Assembly: GCA_013265495.1 (NCBI GenBank)
Contig: MU059537.1
Span: 124,001-188,000 of the forward strand
Length of the DNA: 64,000 bases
DNA from: Vicugna vicugna
Taxonomy: Eukaryota
Direction of reading: 5' to 3'
Part shown: positions 59,386 through 64,000 of the stretch, piece by piece
Layout: each line of letters opens with the position of its first letter
Numbering within the stretch: position 1 is the first letter of the stretch
Position numbers and translations under genes: made by a program
The notes under the pieces: model-generated
Told to the model about the DNA's origin: nothing
The model's database searches: none
Seen by the model: the letters and a program-made list of their open reading frames with translations, nothing else

Positions 59386-60369
59386 GGGGAGGAGCAGGCT
59401 GGGCTCTGCCTCTGCTCCCTCTCGGCTGCCTGACCTTGGGGAGTCTGCGGGGCTGACCCCTCCCTGTGGGTACACAGGCCCCAGCTTCCCTTGCCAGCCC
59501 CGTCAGCGCTGCTGGGTGGTCCTGGTCAGAGCAGGCGCTTGGGGTTGCGGAGTCCAGGCAGGCCGGGCCAGGGCCGCTCGGGGCCAGAAGGAGGGCGCCC
59601 AGAACAGTGCTGGCGTCGGCAGCTGCCACCGCCTGGCCGGACTCGGAGCCTCCCCTCCGGAGAGCCACGTGTCAGAGTGACCTTCAGCTCCTGCCGCCTG
59701 CAGCAGCCGGGAGGCTGAGCGCCACACAGGCTGTCCAGGCCCCAGCCAGCAGGAGGCTCTTTCCAGCCGGCACAGGGTGGGCTGGGGTTGATGTGACCAG
59801 TGGTAACCATGTTGCATCTCTTGGAAAGAGCAGGTCCGGTGGAAGGACCCCCACCCTGTCCCTCCTTCTCTTGTGAAGGCCCAGAGAGGGAGCGGGCTTC
59901 CCTGCATCACACAGCATGTCAAGGCAGAGCCCGTAGTGGGACAAGTCTCCTTGTTTCCAAGCCAGACAGGAGTTGGTTGGGTGGTTGAACTTTCCTTCTG
60001 GGAAGCGTGGGGTGAGGGGAAGAACACAGCCTGGAGAGGTGTTGGTGCAGTGGGGGTCGCATCTCCCCCGTTTCTCATCAATCCAGTCTCGCCCCCTCTC
60101 AGCCACCTCAGCGTCAAGTGTGGATGTTGGAGTCACGTGGCCCAGCTCCCTCCCCCTGAGCCTAGTCTCCTGTCTGTAAAGGGGGTCTGTCTCCATCCCA
60201 TGCTGGTGGGGTCTGCACCCTCCTAAGGGAGTGTACCCCATGTTCTGTCTGTGGACTGGGGGAGTCAAAACCACGAAGGGAAATCATTATATAGACAGCA
60301 GAGAGAGGAGACACAGCAAATTCCTGCTGTAGTTAGTGCCACCGTGTAACAAAACACCCCCCCGACTGT

Positions 60370-60730
60370 GACACCAAGTCTGCAGTAAACTGGGGCCCTG
60401 GCGGGACCGCTCATCTCTGGTCCTGGGCTGGAGTCACCTGTGGGCTCTCTCTGCCTCAGGCCTGCTGCGGGACGCTGGCCGTCAGCTGGGACGTGTGCTG
60501 GGGCTGCCGGCCAGACACCTGCACGTGGCCTCCCCACTGCTGGTCCTGGGGAGCATCTGAGGGAGGGAGGGAGAGGTGGGCAGAGATGTCACCTTCTGAG
60601 ACGCCGTCCCTGAAGTCACATAGCATCACCTCCACTGTGCTCTTGTGACTGCAGGGATCATGAGCCCGCCCAGGTTCAAGGGGAGGGAGGGAGGCTTCAC
60701 CTCTTGGGAAGAGTGGCAAGGTGATTTTTT
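60370..60730 (-). mobile_element. Old MaLR LTR (MLT1F-J-like)
   Basis: gtcagctgggacgtgtgctggggctgccggccagacacctgcacgtggcctc...gaagtcacatagcatcacctccactg...gcccaggttcaaggggaggg. Confidence 0.7.
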
Positions 60731-61409
60731 CTGGAAAATACAATCTGCCCCCGTCCCCCTTCACCTCGGTCTTCTCCCGCTGTGCTGTGACTCCAGCCTT
60801 TGTTCTGCGGGATCTGGGCATGGAGGGCTGGCCTGAACGGGGCTGTGGCGACCTCCCGGGGCTTCCCTGGGGCTCCATCCTCTCTCTGCCTTGCCCCCGC
60901 CCTTAGGCCTCTCGCCCTGGCTAGTCATGGCCAATTGCCTGGTCACGACCTTCACACCCTCTTTGCCTGTTGGCTCAATGGCACCGGGCAGGTGGCCATC
61001 TCAGTCCCCACCGCAGCTGAGCCGGCGCTGTGGAAACAGCCCTTCCTGGGCACTGACGGGCAGCCCCTGCGCTGCGGGTGCTGTGACTCAGGCGGGGATG
61101 TAAGTGTGAAAGGCACAACCCGTGCAGGCTCTGACGTGGGGCGGGGGGGGCTCCGGCACACACCCCACCCTGCAGGACAGCCCCACTGTGCTCAAGGCTA
61201 GCTGTGCAGGGCGGTGGGGAGACCGGTGAGTCCTGTGGCATCAGGCATTGCTTTGCTTTGCAAATTTGCTTCTGGCTGTAAGAAGAGAAAGACTCTGGAG
61301 TCTCGGGCACAGAACTTCCTGCAGAGAAGTAGCCGCTTGTCCTCGATAGCTCAAATAACTCAGAAAACATCCACCAGTGCTTTTAACCTATTCAAGTGTC
61401 TCTCCAGCA

Positions 61410-61800
61410 CCCCTGCACCCATCCATCTATCTACCCACCCATCCACCCCATCTACCCATCCACCCCCATTCCATCACCCACCCACCCATCCATCAGTCCA
61501 ACCATCCCCCATTCACTCACCAACCCATCCATCCCCTGTGCATTTACTCTCTTGACAGCCGTATGTTCTAAGTGCTCCCCCTCACTTGGGCTTGGCTCAA
61601 GAAGTAAGGCAGGACCCCTGCCCCCCGGAAGCCCCACGTGCGGTGGGGTGTTCACACATGTAACGGAAGATGCCCCAGCTCGCTGCGGGAGGCAGAGTGG
61701 TGGAGGAGCGCGAGAACAAAGGCGACCCAGAGCAGGCAGCAGGGAGTTTCAGCTGGGGCCTAGGATGGCTTCCAGAGGAGGTGACCCTGAGCTGCAGGCA
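61410..61800 (-). mobile_element. L2 3' end with expanded (CCAT)n tail
   Basis: (ccat)n array at 61410-61540, then gtatgttctaagtgct...ggatggcttccagaggaggtgaccctgagctg typical of antisense L2. Confidence 0.6.
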
Positions 61801-64000
61801 GGCAGGAACGTGTGGCCTTCCAGCTGGAGTTGCCAGGCTGCCCAGCATTAGGGACCCAGAGCCAACTTTGGCCTTAAGTTTGAGTTCTCCTTCTCGCCAG
61901 ACCCCTGCTCCCTTCTCAGGTGAAATTCCAGTTTAAATACCCAAACTGCTTGCTCGCTGAAACCAGCTGACAAGGGGCCGGCTTGCATTTGAGACTCAGC
62001 TGACTGTGACACGCTGTGTTACTACTGCAGCTCGAACGGGTTTCTTTTGCGGTTACTTTTCTCTTAATGTGCTCCTCCGCCGGTGACTCCAAGGCCAACT
62101 GTCCTCGCGGTCACCCTCATCAAAGGCAGAAGGACAGTGAATTGCCGCAGCTCAGAGGCCGTGCCGCCCGGCCTCCGGGGCTCCGGCTCCCCGCCCCCCG
62201 TGCTCCCTTCCAGAATGCCCACGGCTGTGAGCGGAAGTTTCCACTAACGTGGCTCCCCAGAGTCGGTTCCACTGTCAGCGCTCTGATCCGGGGACTCAGC
62301 GGAGGGGGGGACAGGGAATTCTCTGGAATTCCTGCCCCGGAGGGAGGCTGGCAGGAGGCCCCTTTCTGCTCCCAGGGCTTCCGCTCCTGCTGGGAATTCC
62401 TGCACTAGCCTCTCCTCCCCTCAGGGCCTCGGTTCCTCGTCTGTGAGGTGAGCCCCCACCCACCTCTCTGCCCTCGCTGTCCCATGTCATCATGCCTGGA
62501 GAGCCCTTCGCACCCTGACACGCAGCCCCAGCCTCCCCGAGGTGCTCCCTCTACTCGTAGCCCTCCCACCTCACCCCCCGCAGGACTGTCGTCTCCGGGG
62601 CCCCTGGCTGGGGGTGCTGCTGCGAGCCAGGCATGGGCCAACTTGGCGTGCAGACAGCATCACCCCTGCCCTGCTTTCCAGGCAGGAAACCCAAGCTCAG
62701 ACGGGCCAGACCGGGCTGCAGACTTGCCCAGGGCTGGCTGCTGGGCAGCTCTGGACCCAGGGCTGGACCCTTCCCCGCTGGGCCACTGCCCACCTGGAGA
62801 CACCTGCTGCGGCTTCCCCAGGTGGCCTGGTGGGGTGGGGGAGCCTTCCCAGAGCCCCTCCTCCACCCTGTGCCCTGGCTAGGCCTGAACACCTGCCCCC
62901 CGCCCCAGGGAGGGACAGAGGAGTGTAACCTCCCCAGGTCTCAGGCCTTGGTGCCCAGACAGGCAGGTGGTGACCCTGCCAGTGAGGCCACCAGGGCCTG
63001 GGAAACCATGATCCTCTGGCCGCCCCCCAAACATGACAGCCTCTTCTAGGTGTGTCTCTGTGTACATGGCCGTGTGTGCATGTGTGCAAGTCTGTCTGCA
63101 CGCGTGTGATGACGGCCATCCTCACAGCCTGAAGGAGTGATGTCCTGGCTCAGGACCGGCCCACCTGATGCTGGGAGACCTGGGGCAGTTCACCTCCCTG
63201 TCCAGGCCTATTTCACGTTTGTGACATGGGGAGTGGGTAGGGACGTCTGCGTGGCCTTTCACGGATGACAGACATTGTCTGACCCTCACACACGAGTTGG
63301 GTGGGGGCTAGTCACCCGCGCGTGGCAGACGAGGAGACGGAGGATGGGCCCTGGCCGCGCTGGCCCGGAACCCGGCTCTGCCCCAGCGCACCCTCCACCG
63401 CCCACGCTGGTGTGCGGGAGGTGAACGGCTTCCCGGCGGCTCTGGGCAGATTCATTCGGCAGCCCCAGGGACAGATGCACCGCGTGTCAGACCCCTGTGG
63501 AGACACCGCGCGAGAACTCCGTCCTGCGTTGCCTCTGCTGAGAAATTCCCACACGGTGGGAACTTCTGGCTATCTGGGGATATAGATCCTCGCAGAAGCC
63601 GAGATGCCCTCTCCATCAGGTTTCCATCTACGTCTGTGAAAAGGAGAGTCAATCACAGAGGTGCGAGGAAGGGGTGGGGACAAGCGAGAGGGAGTGTGCT
63701 GAGCCTGGCACCGGGAGGTCAGCCCTACAGGCTTCCAGAGAGATCGGGGCGGAGGAGGGCGTCCAGCCCGCGGCCTCACAGGAGCCGCTGTGAGTGAGTT
63801 CGACCGGGATGCCGGCGCCACTGGGCTGGGAAATCAGCTGGCCCCCGGGTGAGAGGGGCAGGACAGCACCCCAGGGGCATGGCCGCAGCTGGCAGGGGGT
63901 GGGCTCTTGCCGACCCCCGGGGTTTCCTTCCCCACAAGCGTGCCAGCCCGAGGACATGGCGCCTGGGTGGGAGCCGCAGAGTCTTGCTTGGCTGGATGTC

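Overview
GC-rich placental-mammal genomic DNA (MIR, L2, MLT1/MaLR and old L1 repeats; one 214-nt N gap; species not determinable). The + strand carries three coding exons from the 3' half of TSNARE1 (1810-1968, 12913-12985, 18128-18210), encoding the syntaxin-like linker and Qa-SNARE motif. The transmembrane-anchor exon was not found in the window. Interleaved with these exons on the same strand is a second coding unit. It consists of a Myb/SANT-like DNA-binding exon (14242-14700, strong-Kozak ATG at 14295) and a phase-compatible terminal exon (21089/21092-21669). Together they give an intact ORF of about 328 aa: Myb domain, acidic/Pro-rich linker with a CtBP-type PLDLR motif, leucine zipper, and a C-terminal SUMO consensus. 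This could be a nested Harbinger-derived transcription-factor gene or an alternative TSNARE1 isoform. Splice phases also allow anchor-less SNARE isoforms, including a candidate poly(A)-linked last exon at 57948-58045. The rest is intron: ancient repeats plus candidate regulatory sites (a near-consensus REST/RE1 site, a CTCF-like site, tandem octamers, homeobox/E-box clusters). Repeat families were assigned by eye and their boundaries are approximate. Comparisons to human TSNARE1 are from memory, not from a search.
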